In this document: in pieces, positions 1-13,413 of the stretch | Layout of the letters: each line of letters opens with the position of its first letter | Numbering within the stretch: the stretch's first letter is position 1 | NCBI RefSeq assembly: GCF_009914755.1 | Contig: NC_060932.1 | Direction: 5' to 3' (one strand) | DNA: 64,000 bases | DNA from: the human T2T-CHM13v2.0 reference genome, Homo sapiens | The notes under the pieces: generated by a model | Told to the model about the DNA's origin: nothing | Database searches by the model: none | What the model saw: the letters and a program-made list of their open reading frames with translations, nothing else | Program-made: the position numbers and the translations under genes

Positions 1-663
1 ACCTCACAAACAGTAGAGGATTTGATTTGGTCCGTGAGATGAATATTGCAACATGTACTGGCTGCGGAAGTATATTCGAGACTGAAGGATGTTCTAAAGC
101 AAAGCTAGTGAGGCAGGAAAGCAGAACAGCAAGTAGTCTACATCGAATCCCAGGGAACACAGCAGTGCAAGAGCAGCTGAGAAAGGTAGGCTGGAATCAC
201 GTGAAAGGTGGAGAATGCCAGACGGGTGGTTTATTATTAACGCCTCAGACTTTGGGGATAGCATGAGAAACTTCAAGCACTGGAATGATAGCATCAGAGT
301 TGCACTTCAGGAAATTTAATTCTGCAGCAAAGCATAAAATTGGAATAGGAAAAAAACTTGAGGTAAAGAGATCAGTGAAGACAGCATTGCATTCGTTTAA
401 TAAGAAGTAACAAGATCTAAATGGGAGGGGTGGCAATGGGAGAGGGGAAGATAAATGGGTGATGGATTGCCTGTCTCTGTGACATCAATACAGATATGAA
501 TGTCTTTGAGCTCTATGGAACTGGCAGGTAATAGGCTTATTTAGAAATGACATTAAGTCTAAGACAATGCCCCATGTCAACATGTACATTAATAATATGC
601 ATAATCTATTAAATCAACAACAACACACATCTTGAAAGTTATCGTAAAGCCAAATCTTGACAC

Positions 664-956
664 TTTTTTTTTTTTTGAGACAAAGTCTTGCTCTGTTGCC
701 CAGGCTGGAGTGCAGTGGCACGATTTTGGCTTACTGCAACCTCTACCTCCCAGGTTCAAGCGATTCTCATGCCTCAGCCTCCTGAGTAGATAGGATTACA
801 GGCGCCTGCCACCAAGCCCAGCTAATTTTTGTGTTTTAGTAGAGAAGGGGTTTCACCATGTTGGCCAGGCTGGTCTCAAACTCCTGACCTCGGGTGATCC
901 ACCTGCCTCGGCCTCCCAAAGTGCTGGGATTATAGGCGTGAGCCACCGCACCCGCC
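664..956 (-). mobile_element. Alu (AluS-type), full length
   Basis: Poly-T followed by reverse-complement Alu (gagacaaagtcttgctctgttgcccaggctggagtgcagtgg...gagccaccgcacccgcc). Confidence 0.95.
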
Positions 957-1119
957 AGTACATAATTTTTAAAAATAGTAGCCAGTTAAGTCAAAAGATG
1001 CTTTATTTGCCTCTGTTATGCAATAAAAACGTGGCCCCTGCTTATTCTGAAGTGTGAGCCATCTTTCCTTGTCTGGCTTACTCTATTACTTGATCTGTTA
1101 CTTGATCTTAAAGGTCAGT

Positions 1120-1345
1120 TTTCACATCACTTTCTTTGGGAAGCCATGACTATCCCTCAGATTAAGTGCTCCTTCTATGCACGACAGTATGAGCCTCAAC
1201 TTATGTTATTTCTTGCTGACTAGAACAATTTCTTCATTAGACTATAAACTCCATGATGTCTGGGCATTTGTCCAATTTGTTCTCAAACCCGGCACCAGTC
1301 TCAGTGCTTGGCACATAGGAAGTGCTTAATTAACATTTCACTGAA
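1120..1345 (+). mobile_element. L2 3' end fragment
   Basis: actataaactccatga...agtgcttggcacataggaagtgcttaattaacattt resembles the L2 3' terminus. Confidence 0.6.
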
Positions 1346-1869
1346 GTAGTAAGTGCTTTCTATTGCAAGACAGATCTTTGAAATGCACCATTCTTGTCAG
1401 ACCCAGTCAAACTCACAGGTTCTGTCTCATGAGATCAGCAGGAAAGCATTGCCACAGAGGGTCAGGAATAGATTCTCCATGAATCAGTTCACTTGAAAGA
1501 CAAGAGGTGTTAGTTTGTGTGGATGGGAGCAAACCTTTCCTTTAGTAACTCCATTATCAAGAGCATCCCCACAGTCCCTACATAATCCAAACGCACACCT
1601 GGGCCATCCCAGGAGCACAGCTTGAGGGAGCTTATCTGTAGGAGCACATGCAACTGACTGGCAATTAATTTGATTTTGCACCTGCTTCAGATCACCTCGG
1701 GGCATTGCCCTGTACCCCAGGAATCAGTTTCTTCAAAGTACAACTTTCAAAAATGTAGGCTTGCCTCTCAAACAACTACCCATATTTCCATGACCAAAAG
1801 TCATATTTACATCCTCTATGCGTTACAAAAAGTACTTGTTTTAGACACACAGGCAGGGTGCCAAGTAGA

Positions 1870-2055
1870 CCATAACCATAATTGTTATAGTCAACATTTT
1901 TTATAGTTAACATGAGCCAGAATGTGGACTTAACGCTTTCTAGACATCATCTCAGTCTATTCACGCAATGATTCTATCAGTTGGTACTATCATTATGCAC
2001 ATTTTACAGGCAAGAAAACAGAAGCACAGAGAATTTAAGAACCTTTCCAGGGTCT
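1870..2055 (-). mobile_element. MIR
   Basis: cattttacaggcaagaaaacagaagcacagagaatttaagaacctttccagggtc is the MIR core in reverse orientation. Confidence 0.75.
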
Positions 2056-2949
2056 GCTTTTAATATTTTCAGAGATAAATACAAGGCATCTAATAAAAGG
2101 CACTGCTAAATATCAACCTGTCAGGCACTAGCAGCCAACAACTGGCAGGTTCTTCTGCCACGAACACTGAGGTTTGTTTCAACCACACGTCAGTATCACA
2201 AAGAGAATATCCACAAGGGAAAACAACCTCCTTGTGTGTAATTCACTTTGGGGAAGCTTTGACTCTTCTATTCACTGCCAAATTCCTTGAACCTGGCACG
2301 TGTTAGGAATGAAATAGGTATTTGTTGATGAATAGAGTTCAGTCCCTGTGAATGGGACTTCATTACTTCCTGAACTTCAGCGTCACTCTCAGTCACTCCA
2401 CCCTGTTGCCTATTGCAGATCACAAAGCAGTGGACCACAGACATTTTCATTTTCCCCTTGGCCTCTGGCATAGAGTTTTACATTTAATTAGCTGCCACGG
2501 TTTAAAAAAATGGCATACTTTACGTAAAAATGTGGATTTCCTAATTCCCATAAAAAACTGGAACATCTAAATCTCTGCCTGTATTCTGTAATGGTGACAG
2601 CTGTGGTGAGCTGTGACTGCCCTCTAATGAGCACACTCAGTTTGCCCCAGTCCTCATCAAGCCCTATTGTCTTAACTCCACATAGAGGCCCTCAATAATA
2701 GAGTCACATATGGTCTTACAACCTAGTGGCCTCACTGAATGATATTCTTTTCTGATCCCTGGAGGCACACAGTTGGCTTAGACCTAGAGTAACTAAGATT
2801 CCAGCCTAGAGTTAGGTCTTCCATGATTTCAAAGAGCCACAAAAAATGTAGCATCAATGCCAATTCTGGGATTTGAATGCTCACCTGGAGGTTGGCCCCT
2901 CACCGTTTGGGAATTTAGTCTTCCTTAGAATCTGTTCTTGCCCCGTTGT

Positions 2950-4205
2950 TTGTTTCATTCAACGCACTCTCGTCTAGCCTCTCTCATCATCTCGATGACA
3001 ACTACTACCCTCAGGCTGATAATTATTAGATTGAGATCTCCAGCCTTGATCCTTCTGAGCCTCAGGCTATCACATGCTACTTCCTTTAACATCTTCACCT
3101 TTAACTCTTACAGTCACCTCCCAAATGAGTATGTTCAAAGCAGAAAGTGCCCATTCTTCCATCATTTCCTCCCCTGTATCTTCTATCTGTTGGAGTTAGC
3201 CCCTCCGTTACCCACGTGAGAAACCTGGGTGGTCCCATAATCTTCCCCCTCTGAGCTCACTGCATTCAAACCCTGATCCCTGATGACTGTGTCAAGCTCA
3301 TTATCTCTTCTCCATTTGCCTTGCCACTTCCTGGTGTGGGCCTCATACCTCTCAGCTGATCCTCTGTAACAGCCATTCTCTCTGTTCAAGGCTTCTTCAA
3401 ATCCACCCTGCATGGAGACATCAGAGCAATCAAGCTACAAATTAAATGTAATTGAGTGACCCAGCTACTTAAATGCCATCAGCGGCTTTCCTTTTTCACT
3501 CAGTCTAGCACGGGGGCTCTCAGGGGAAGCACCTCCCTCTCTACCCCATCTTCAGACTGGATTCTCACATTTTACTTCCCTCCTCGTTCCTCACCAACAC
3601 CATACTGCTTTCAGTTCCCTGGGTAAATCATAAATGGGTGACTGGAGCTATCTCTGGGGTGATATAAACACTAAATAGGCAGAGACTTTTGTAAGGAAAA
3701 CACTTCTTCACAAACATGGAAATGGAAGTCTATACTTGAGTTGAAAAGAATTTAACTTTTCAAACTTAGATATGGACAATTGCACAGAGTTTATTTTGCT
3801 TTAGTGATGCTAGCTCAATTCCTTTTCTCCCCACTGCCTTTGCCTGGTTAATTGCTACTACTGAGTATTTATGACTCTGCTCAAGTATTTTCTTCTCCTG
3901 AAGCCTTTCCTAAAACTCATGGCATGCTCACTTGCGCTCTCTCTCTCTCTCTGTCACACATACACACACACACACTCAGAGGCTGGGTTTGGGTTTGGTG
4001 CCCTTACTGTACATTCCTTTAAGGTTCTGTCCATACATTTATCACGGAACTTAATAAGTCATATTTAATTATCTTTTTGCATTTATATCTCCCTCACTTA
4101 ACTTGTACATGCTTAAGAATAAAGGCTGTGTGTTATTCTTCTTTGATCCCCAGAACCAAGCAGAGTAGTTCAAAACTGCTAAACGAATGAATGAATAAAT
4201 AAGCA
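2950..4205 (+). mobile_element. Fragmented L2
   Basis: Pyrimidine-rich L2-like body (aaatccaccctgcat...acttaaatgccatcagcggctttcc) and a terminal (gaat)n tail at ~4185-4205. Confidence 0.55.
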
Positions 4206-4946
4206 AGCAAATGATGACACCAGAAAACATATACACGAGTCAGGCATTAAAAATAGGCTCTGATATTTAGGATAAATTGAGCCGGAGGCAACTCAACCAC
4301 CAGTTTGAAATTAGATGATATTTTTGCCACCACTAATCATGAAACCAACCCAAACTATGCTAAGAAGTTAAGCAGTTGAATACATTTTGTATTTGTCTAA
4401 ATGTCCTAGTATAGGCAACAGAATAGTGTTCCTCAATCAGAGAGATAAAATTGATTTTTAAATATTGACTGACTTTCTGTAAATTCATAGATGATGTAAT
4501 AACATTGTGGAATAATGATTTCCTACCACTGCCTACAGTTGCTATTCACAGCAAATTATTTACCAGAATTTCCAGGTAATAAAAGTGAATCAGGTCAGTG
4601 CCACATATAAAATATGGTAATTGCTAGTAACGGTCTCTTAGATTATTACTGTAGTACTACATTTTGCATTATATAAACATGTATTGGATAATAGCAGCAT
4701 TATTGAATTTGATGTTCAGCAGTTATCTAAAAACACTTATAAATGATGCTCTACTATACATAGAATAGACGTCCAATAACTGGAAGAAGTTTTCTCAAAG
4801 TAAAAGTATATTAGATGATTATTCCCAGAAAAGTTAAAAAATAAAAGGATGTGTTAACTCTAAAGTATCTATGTTTAGAGCTGGGTGAGTATGTCAAAGT
4901 TGATATATTTTTATGGTATTAATTGAAACCAATTCTTTAAAAAAAA

Positions 4947-5073
4947 TTTTTTTAATAGAGACAAGGTCTCACTATGTTGCCCAGGCTGGTCTCAAACACC
5001 TGGCCTCAAGCAATCCCCCTGCCTCGACCTCCCAAAGTGCTGGGATTATAGGCATGAACCACCACATCTGACC
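4947..5073 (-). mobile_element. FLAM/Alu monomer
   Basis: Single left-monomer-type sequence with degenerate flanking repeats gaaaccaattctttaa / ggaaccagttattaa. Confidence 0.85.
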
Positions 5074-6990
5074 CTGGAACCAGTTATTAATTAAAATTTT
5101 GGTTACTGGCACATATATAACACAAGGGGAACAAATTCTCACCATTTCTCTAAAATTAAGACAACAGAAAGAGCTATTTGTAATACACACTCTGAATAGT
5201 AAGCTCTGTGTAATTGTCCATATTTAATTTTAGAAAGACTTGTTCTTTCAAACTAAATAGTAGACTTTTATTTCAAGAGCAAATCTGCCTCAACAGATGT
5301 CTTACTTCCAACAGTGTCTAGCTACTTAATGGTTATATCATTCCAAGTATATCATTTGTTTATTTATCCAACAAATGTTTATTAATCCTTTGTTTCCCAG
5401 TGTGTAAAGGTGAAAAAGAGGCAGACACCACTCTCTTATAGTTTATAATCATTACCCTAATCTGCAGATGAGCTCATTGAGACCAACACTCAGGGTCTCA
5501 CGATGAGGCTACTACAGGCAGTCTCCAAGTACAGATTATCATTTGCGTAGTTAAAATTTAATTAAATTGTATTGAGACAAATAGAATGTTATATAACTTT
5601 TTTCAGTCTATGGGAACTGGATGTGATTTATACAACTTTATGTGCTTTAAAAATATTTGTAGGACTTCTGCATCCAGGAAGATGTAGTATACATGCATAT
5701 CCTATTTTTTTCACTAAGTAAAACTAAAAACCCTGGACATTATATATAAAGCAAACATAAGAAAACTCTGAACAGTATAGAGATTAGCAAGACCAGACAG
5801 GGACTTTTGGCGCCCAATGATCAACATAGCAAAGAGTTCCCTGAGTTTTCTTTTTGCCTCATATGTTTCAGATTTGGGGATGACGTCTGGCAACCTGGTA
5901 ATCCCATCAATCAAAAAGCCCCCAAAAAGCCTGCGCTCTCTAGCCAAATGACCAGGTAGAGAGACATCCCAGCAAGACAGTAGACTTTTAGACAGTTGCC
6001 ACTCTACTCCAGCCAAACACCACAGAAAACACTTCCCACCCTCATTTACACCGCCAAGGCTAAGCAAGGAGCTGACTTCCACCCTGGTCAGGCTATAACG
6101 AGTCATCCCAAACCGCACCGGAGTGGTGTTAGAGAAGAAGTCCGGACTTTCATCCCTGCTAGGCAGCGAGTCTGCTTTTCTCAACTCCCCCGTGTGTCAC
6201 ATGAGACTGCATGGGGAGCCTGAACTTCCACGCCCATCCAGTGGAAACCAGGGAGCCCCCCTACTTCAGTGTAGAGTCAGCAAAACCTGTGCAGGACTTC
6301 TATGCCAAAATTATAAAGCACTGACGAAAGAAAGTGAAAGGGATCTAAGTAAATAAGGAGACATACCATGTTCATTAATTTTAAGACTCAACATAGCAAA
6401 GTCGTCAATTCTTCCCAAATGGATGTGGGTTTAATGCAATTCCTATCAAAATCTCAGCAATAGTGTTTCTAGATAAAGACAAAATTATTCTAACATTTAC
6501 ATGGAAAAGCAAGTGAACTAGAATAGCTCAAACAATTCTGGATGAAAAGAACAAACTAGTAGGAATCAATTTCAATATAGCTACGTAATCAAGACCCTGT
6601 GGTATTGCTGAAGAAACAGACACATAGATCAATGGAACTAACACAATATACCCACAAATATATAGACACACAATATACCCACAAATATATCAAACTGATG
6701 TTTTGTGAAGATGTGATGGCAATTTAATATAATAAAAATAGTCTTTCCAACAAATGGTGCTGGAGCAACTGGACATTCATAGGCAATAACAAACAAAAAC
6801 CTTCAGCCTAAATCTCACTTCTTATACAAGAATTAATTCAAAATGGATAACAGACTTCAGTGTACAACATAAAACTACAAAACCTTTAGAAGATAATACT
6901 GATGAAAACCTTGGGGATCTAGAGCAAAGAGTTTTAAACTTCATAGCAAAAGCAAGGTTGATAACAAAAAAAAAAGAAAAGAAATATTGA

Positions 6991-7337
6991 GGTCGGGTGC
7001 GGTGGCTCATGCCTGTAATCCCAGAACTTTGGGAGCCAAGGCAGGAGAATTGCTTGAGGCCAGCAGTTCAAGACCAGCCTGGGCAACATAGCAAGACCTC
7101 ATCTGTATGAAAAAAAAAATGTTTTAAATTAGCCAGGTGTGGTGACATGCACCTGTCATACCAGCTACTCTGGAGGCTAAGCTAGTGGGGCACTGAGGTA
7201 GAAGGATCACTTGAACCCAAGAGTTCAAGGTTACAGCGAGCAGAGCACAGCACTGCATTTCAGACTGGGTGACAGACCAAGACCCTGTCTTTCTGGAAAA
7301 AAAAAAAGAAAAGAAAAAGAAAGAAAGAAAAAGAAAA
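6991..7337 (+). mobile_element. AluJ-type
   Basis: ggtcgggtgcggtggctcatgcctgtaatcccag through an A-rich tail; old diagnostic ttgcttgaggccagcagttcaag. Confidence 0.93.
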
Positions 7338-8197
7338 ATTGCTAAATTGGGCTTTACAAAACTTTTAAACTTTTGCTCTGCAGAAGACACTGTTAAGGGG
7401 AGAAACAAGCTATACTACAGACTGGGAGAATATATTTACAAACCACACATCTGACGAATGACTCATATCTAGAAAATATAAAGAGCTCTCAAAACTCAAC
7501 AATAAAAAAACCCAAATAATCTAGCTGGGACATGGGCAAATGATATGAAGAGACATTTCACCAAAGAGGATATATAGATTGCAATAAGCATATGAAAAGA
7601 TGCTCCAAAATCATTAGCTTTTAGGGAAATGCAAATTAAAGCTACAATGAAATATTACTACTTACCTATTATAATGGTTAAAATAAAAAATAGAGATAAC
7701 ATCAAATGCTGGTGAGGATGCAGAGAAAATGAATTCCGCACCACCCCACACACATTGCTGATGGGAATTAAAAATGATATAGCCACTCTGGAAAATAGTT
7801 TGGCAATTTCTTTAAAAATGAAACATTAAAATAGCATATGACCAAGCCATTGCACTCCTGGACACTTATGCTAGAGAAATTAAAAATATGTCCACACAAA
7901 AACCTGTGCATCAAAAGTCATAGCAGCTTTATTTGTAATACCCCAAACTGGAAACAATCTACATTTCCTTCAACCGGTGCATTAATAAACAAACTGATGA
8001 TTCAATTTATATAACATTCTTGGAATGCTAGATTATACAAATACTGAGCAGACGATTGGTTGCCAGAGGGTAAATATGGGGTAAGGATGGAGGGAGGTGT
8101 TGTGGCTGAAAACGGTGATGGAAATATTCTGCTTCCTGATTGTATCAATATTAATACTCCAGCTGTGCTATCCTACTATAGCTTTGTAAGAGGTCAC

Positions 8198-8547
8198 TAT
8201 GTTAGTGCTAGGACTGTCTTAGCAAAGTATCATAGATGGTGGCTCAAACAACAGAAATTTATATCTCACTGTTCTGGAGTGTGGAAGTCTGAGATGAAGG
8301 TGTAGGTAAGGTTGGTTTCTTCTGAGGCCTCTCTCCTTGGCTTGTAGCTGCCTGTCTTCTGGTGTCTTCACATGTCTTCATTCTGTATCAGTCCTATAGG
8401 ATTAGGACTCACCCTTGTGACCTAATTTTAACTTAATTACCTCTTTAAAGCCTCAGGCTTCAAATAGAGTCACATTCTGAGGTACTGGGATTTCAACACA
8501 CGAATGTGGGGCAACAGACACAATTCAGTTCAATTCAGCCCCTAGCA
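8198..8547 (-). mobile_element. MLT1 (MaLR) solo LTR
   Basis: caaacaacagaaatttatatctcactgttctggag...gtcacattctgaggtactggga; flanks gtcac/gttac resemble a 5-bp TSD. Confidence 0.85.
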
Positions 8548-9429
8548 GTTACCATGGGCAGGGAGGCGAACTGAGTAAAGGGTATACAGGATCTCTCCAT
8601 ATTATTTCTTACAACTGCATGTGAACTCACAATTATCTCAAAATGAAAAGCTTCTTTAGAAAAAGATTTGTAAAGGAGTTTGATTAACTAATAAGTCAAA
8701 TGTAGTGGAAGTGGCTGGACCTTAACTGGAGAAGTAATTAGAATGTGCTCACATTGAAGTTTAGTCTTTTCCCTGAGATAAAACAAAATGTCAGAAGAGG
8801 GAAAAAATATCTAAGTGCCTCTGTTTGCTTTATGTATAGAGAGAAGCTTTTTAGTGATGTTAATAGACATAATTTATTTAATTCCCAAAACATCATTAGG
8901 CTGTACAACTCCATGTATACATTGAATGAGAATTTATTTCACATTAAAGGGAATTCAGAATCAAAGTTCAAAATGCTTTTAAATGCCAGTATTTAATAAT
9001 ATCAGTAACTACAACTAAAGATCAATTATCTTCACCTTCAGTTTTTCCAAAAAAAAGAGATTTCAGAAAGCAGATTATCTTTAGCTTGAAAACTCATGTT
9101 GTTCCTAGTAATTTGAGCATCAAATGTATAAACCTGTGTTTATGTTATCGCAGCCGATTCTTTGTTAGCATTTATCAAAAACATAAGACAGATAGTGTGT
9201 ACAACTTCTCAATTTCTCAGGGTATTTGACTACTATCACTACATGCAGTCATCTGAAATCAGACGTTTCAGTTCCTAGCATAAATACATTTTATGTATAT
9301 TTTTGTCATCCGATACTACCTTCTGTATTTTTTCTCAACTGTCTTCTTGAAGAAGCTAACAACCTATTCAAGAAAAATTCACCCTTATCAGATAAGACTC
9401 ATTTGTTGGGGTTACTCAACTGAACTATT

Positions 9430-9634
9430 CTAGCATCTGATTCTTTCTTCATGGACTGGAAGAGCAAACCCATTGATCATTAATCCAATCCTGCTCACAT
9501 AATATTACGGGTTATAGCATTTAGCTCTTCCTAGCATCTGATTCTTTCTTCATGGACTGGAAAAGCAAACCCATTGATAGTTAATCCAATCATGCTCACA
9601 TAATATTGTGGGTTATAGCATTTAGCTCTTTCTA
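9430..9634. repeat. 101-bp tandem duplication (2 copies)
   Basis: ctagcatctgattctttcttcatggactgga...ggttatagcatttagctctt starts at 9430 and 9531; about 6 substitutions between copies. Confidence 0.95.
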
Positions 9635-9749
9635 TAATTTCAAATGCCTTCTCTCTGTGGTTGTAAATTTTATCCAGGAGAAGGCTCACTGCAATCTGAG
9701 CATTGGCTTGTGTGTGTGCTGGGTGGCTGGGGCAGGAGGAGGGTTATTC

Positions 9750-9975
9750 ACTGTTGCAATGTGTAGTGAACTCAGAAGCCAGGCCACCTGGGTTGGAATC
9801 CTGGCTCCACCGTTTACTAGCTATGTGACTTTGGGCAACTATTTTAACCTCTCTGCATTTGTCTCCTTAGCTGAAAAATGAGGGCAATTGTAGCACTTAC
9901 CTCCGAGGGGTTTTCTGAAGATTAAATATTTGTAAAGTTCTTTAAATGGCACCTGGCAGGAAGTAAATGCTGTGC
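9750..9975 (+). mobile_element. MIR
   Basis: cctgggttggaatcctggctccaccgtttactagctatgtgactttgggcaactattttaacctctctg. Confidence 0.9.
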
Positions 9976-11325
9976 CAGTGCAGGCCTTTAGTGCCCCTGT
10001 GCTGCAGTAAACAGCCTCCTCCCTGTATGATCCTTGCATCGCCAGTTTGCCTTTGTCTTCCATTAGAAAAAGACAGATAGTGAGAGCAAGGCGGTCTTCA
10101 TAGGAATTGCAGTGATCTTTACCATAGGTGAGTGGTGGATCATTGAACATATCTACACATTAAATATTGCTTTGTAAATATGAAAACGTTTTGAAGAAAG
10201 AAATCTGAGGTTTGCAGAAAATTCCATTTACCAGAGGAATTATGTTAGTCATATTCCTATTGCTCCCATTTCTTCTGGGAGGCCTTCTTGTCTGCCTTCC
10301 TGAACCTTATTTTCATTAACTTTTTCCCAAAAAAGTCTACGCTTGGCCCTCTAAAATCTAGGCTCTTTCCCTGCTTGATCTTACCTTTCCTTCTACACTA
10401 GAGGAGAGGAAAGGAAAGGAAGATCATGGAATGCATGTTTCAATGTGGGGCCTTCTGTGGCCACCAAAGGCCTTTCTGAGTAAAGTAGCAGGTGGGGTAG
10501 GGTCTTCACTCATGTCCTGCTCTCGTGATCATGGCCTGCCCTCTGTGTCCAGCCTTCAAGGTGGCAAACTGGCTTGTAAAGGAGTATCACTTTTGTGTAG
10601 TTTACTTTATATATTTTAAAATTTAAACCTGAAATTCAAATTCACTTTTTAAAAATTCATATGACACTTTTTTCACAGTAACAATTTTTTTCCCAGCCCA
10701 AGAATTATTTCTTATCATTCAAAATACCAAGACCAAAATATATCACAGAGGAAAAGAGCTAACTATCTAAATGCAATTGGTTTATAATTTCTTAAATACT
10801 AGTTAACAAACAAGCTGTGCCTTGGAACTATAACACACCAAGGAGAGAATGTGTTTTCATTAATGGCATAAAGTAATAGTGAGCCTATACAGAAGTCGCT
10901 AAATGATGACATTACACATAGGATTTAGTTCTGTGCATTATAATTGTGACCAAACAATAGTTAATATAGGAAGAGATAATAATAATAAATCATTAACTTG
11001 GGCTCTGTTTACTTTTTTATACTCTCATTTTCAAGATTACTGATTTAAGTGTAGTTTTCTTTTTATGGGTCTACCAATGGTCATTTGTACATAAAGAGAA
11101 GTTTCACTTTCTATGAGTCTATTTCACCCAAGAAAAAAGGCATTGTCACCTCTTCAAAGGGAAAAACATTCCTTAAACAAATGAAACCTTTGAAAAGGCA
11201 AGTATAACCAAAAAGATCGAAGAGGAGAGAAGGGAGCTAATTGTCTTGTTATGTACGATAGACACAGCAAGTGTGTATTAAATGAGTATTAGGAGGAAGG
11301 GTTGCAGAGCAAGAATCTAGTTCTT

Positions 11326-11615
11326 TGCCTATAATCCCAGCACTTAGAGAAGCTGAGGTGGGAAGATTGCTTGAGCCTAGGAGTTTGAGACCAGGCTGGA
11401 CAACATAGGGAGATCCCATCTCTACAAAAAATTAAAATAAAAAACATTAACTGGGCGTGGCACACAGGCTTGTAGTCCGAGCTACTCAGGAGACTGAGGT
11501 GGAAGGATTGCTTCATAGCCGAGGAGACTGAGGTTGCAGTGAGCTGTGATCACACCACTGCACTCCAGCCTGGGCAACAGAGCAAGACCCTGTCTCAAAA
11601 AATAAATAAATAAAT
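11326..11615 (+). mobile_element. AluJ-type, slightly 5' truncated
   Basis: tgcctataatcccagcac...gattgcttgagcctaggagtttgagacc...(aaat)n tail. Confidence 0.92.
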
Positions 11616-11971
11616 TAGCTATCACCAGAGAAAAATCAAGTTCAAGATAAGGTGCTTCACTCTTTATTTTTAAAAGTTTACTTACTAAAAAATAAGTGCA
11701 TATGTAAAATGTGGAATATGACCACCTATATATACATTAGAGAAAATTAACAATGACCCAGAATGTAAATCTACAGCATATTTTCTCTCTGTTCTCTAAA
11801 ACTTGTAACCTAATTGAATTAGCTACGAAGGGAGTCTTTGTAGTTTAACCTTATTCGTAGATTTGAATTAGTCTTACCAAAAAGAATTAAATTCAACATT
11901 GAAAATATTTTATGTAAAAATTTAATATGAGTTTGAAAACCTTCATCTTGATTGTTCTTACTTGATATCAA

Positions 11972-11973
<2 letters not shown>

Positions 11974-12009
<36 letters not shown>
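11974..12009. repeat. (TG)n microsatellite
   Basis: About 18 uninterrupted GT units. Confidence 0.97.
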
Positions 12010-12012
<3 letters not shown>

Positions 12013-13118
12013 CAGAAATGGCAATCAAGACTGTTTAGATATTAGTTAATTGGATAAAATCCAATCACAGAATACAAGCCAGATTGAAAATGAGAGTCCA
12101 TCATGGGATTGGTGATATGGAGACAAAAGCTACACCTCATTAACATGCACAGAATAAACAGTCCTGAGATTTTAGTTTTATCATTATTATTTATCATACA
12201 ATGTTTGCAAACAGAGTCTCCTGTGGATATGCTGGACTTCTGTGAGTAAATCTGTTAATGGTAATGGGATTTCCACCCACTCAGTGTGGTAAAGATTAAT
12301 ACCACTGTGTTTCGACTTTGCTGCTTTTTTATTTGTTAGTGGACAAACAATTTACTTCAGAGCTCCTTCACACAGTTACACTGTGCCTGCTGATTGCCCC
12401 AGAGCTGTCCTTGTCTGTCTTCAAAGGCTACACAGGGGCACACATGGCCAGCTCTCCCTTCCCTGCTGTGCCACGTGGGGTTCACCCTGCAGCCCATCAT
12501 GCAATTCCTTACTCCACAAAAATCAGCAATGCTTGGGTGTGGAGTTCACTACACACACACAAGCATGCCTGCAGTCACTTCTGAAAGTCTAAGAAATGTT
12601 CATGCTTTTGGAAACAGGGCCACTCATACACACACAATGGAAACAGAGGTCTTGGCTGGTCAAAAGATGCCCCCACTTGTCTACCAGATTGTGCATGAAT
12701 ACAGCTTTTGTGTCAGCTGCTCAGGGCTTTCCAAAGCTGCATGCATTTTGTCCAGGTTAAAACATTCAGTCCGCTTATAGGGCTAATATATTAGCTTGCT
12801 GATACATTTACTAGGATTAGTTTGAATCGTTGCTCCTTATTACCCATTGTGCCCTAGACCAAAGGCGGAGTCTCTTCCCTTAGAATTGAGTACAATGAAG
12901 GAAAACATCCATGAGGGGCAGAAAGGAGACAAGTTTGAAGCTTAGGGCATCTCTCAGACCCTGTGAGTACCCTAAGGGTACTCACAAAGATCAGCATAAA
13001 GGGTCCAGCATATGACTGCAGTGGTAGGAAAGGAACTTCAAGGCCAATTTCACCCTTTTTATAGCTTTTTATAGCCCTTTTTATAGCTTTGCCTACAGCT
13101 AGACCTAATAGGCAACCT

Positions 13119-13413
13119 CTTTTTTTTTTTATTTTTTTATTTTTTTTTTATTTTGAGATGTGGTCTTGCTCTTTCTCTCAAGAAAGAGTGCAGTGGCATG
13201 AACACAGCTAACTGCAGCCTCAACCTCCCGGGCTCAAGCAATGCCCCTTCCTCACCCTCCTGAATAGCTAGGACCCCAGGCATATGCCACCACACCTAAT
13301 TTTTTAAAAAATTTTTATTGTGATAAGGTCTTGCCACGTTGCCCAGGCTGGTCTTGAACTCCTGGGCTCAAGCGATCCTCCTTCCTGGGCTTCTCAAGGT
13401 GTTAGGATTATAG
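13119..13413 (-). mobile_element. AluJ-type
   Basis: T-rich tail then tgagatgtggtcttgct...cctgggctcaagcgatcctcc. Confidence 0.92.

Larger units (their letters stand above)
5690..8660 (+). mobile_element. Old L1 (L1MC/L1MD-like): 5' fragment joined to ORF2 C-terminal remnant and 3'UTR
   Basis: Degenerate ORF2 motifs (acataccatgttcat, caaatggtgctggagcaactggacattc, gggaaatgcaaattaaagctacaatga) and 3' end caactgcatgtgaactcacaattatctcaaaatgaaaag. Interrupted by an Alu and an MLT1. Confidence 0.8.

Noticed and set aside
5714-6356. 156-aa and overlapping ORFs
   Set aside because: They lie within an old L1 5' region and show no recognisable domain.
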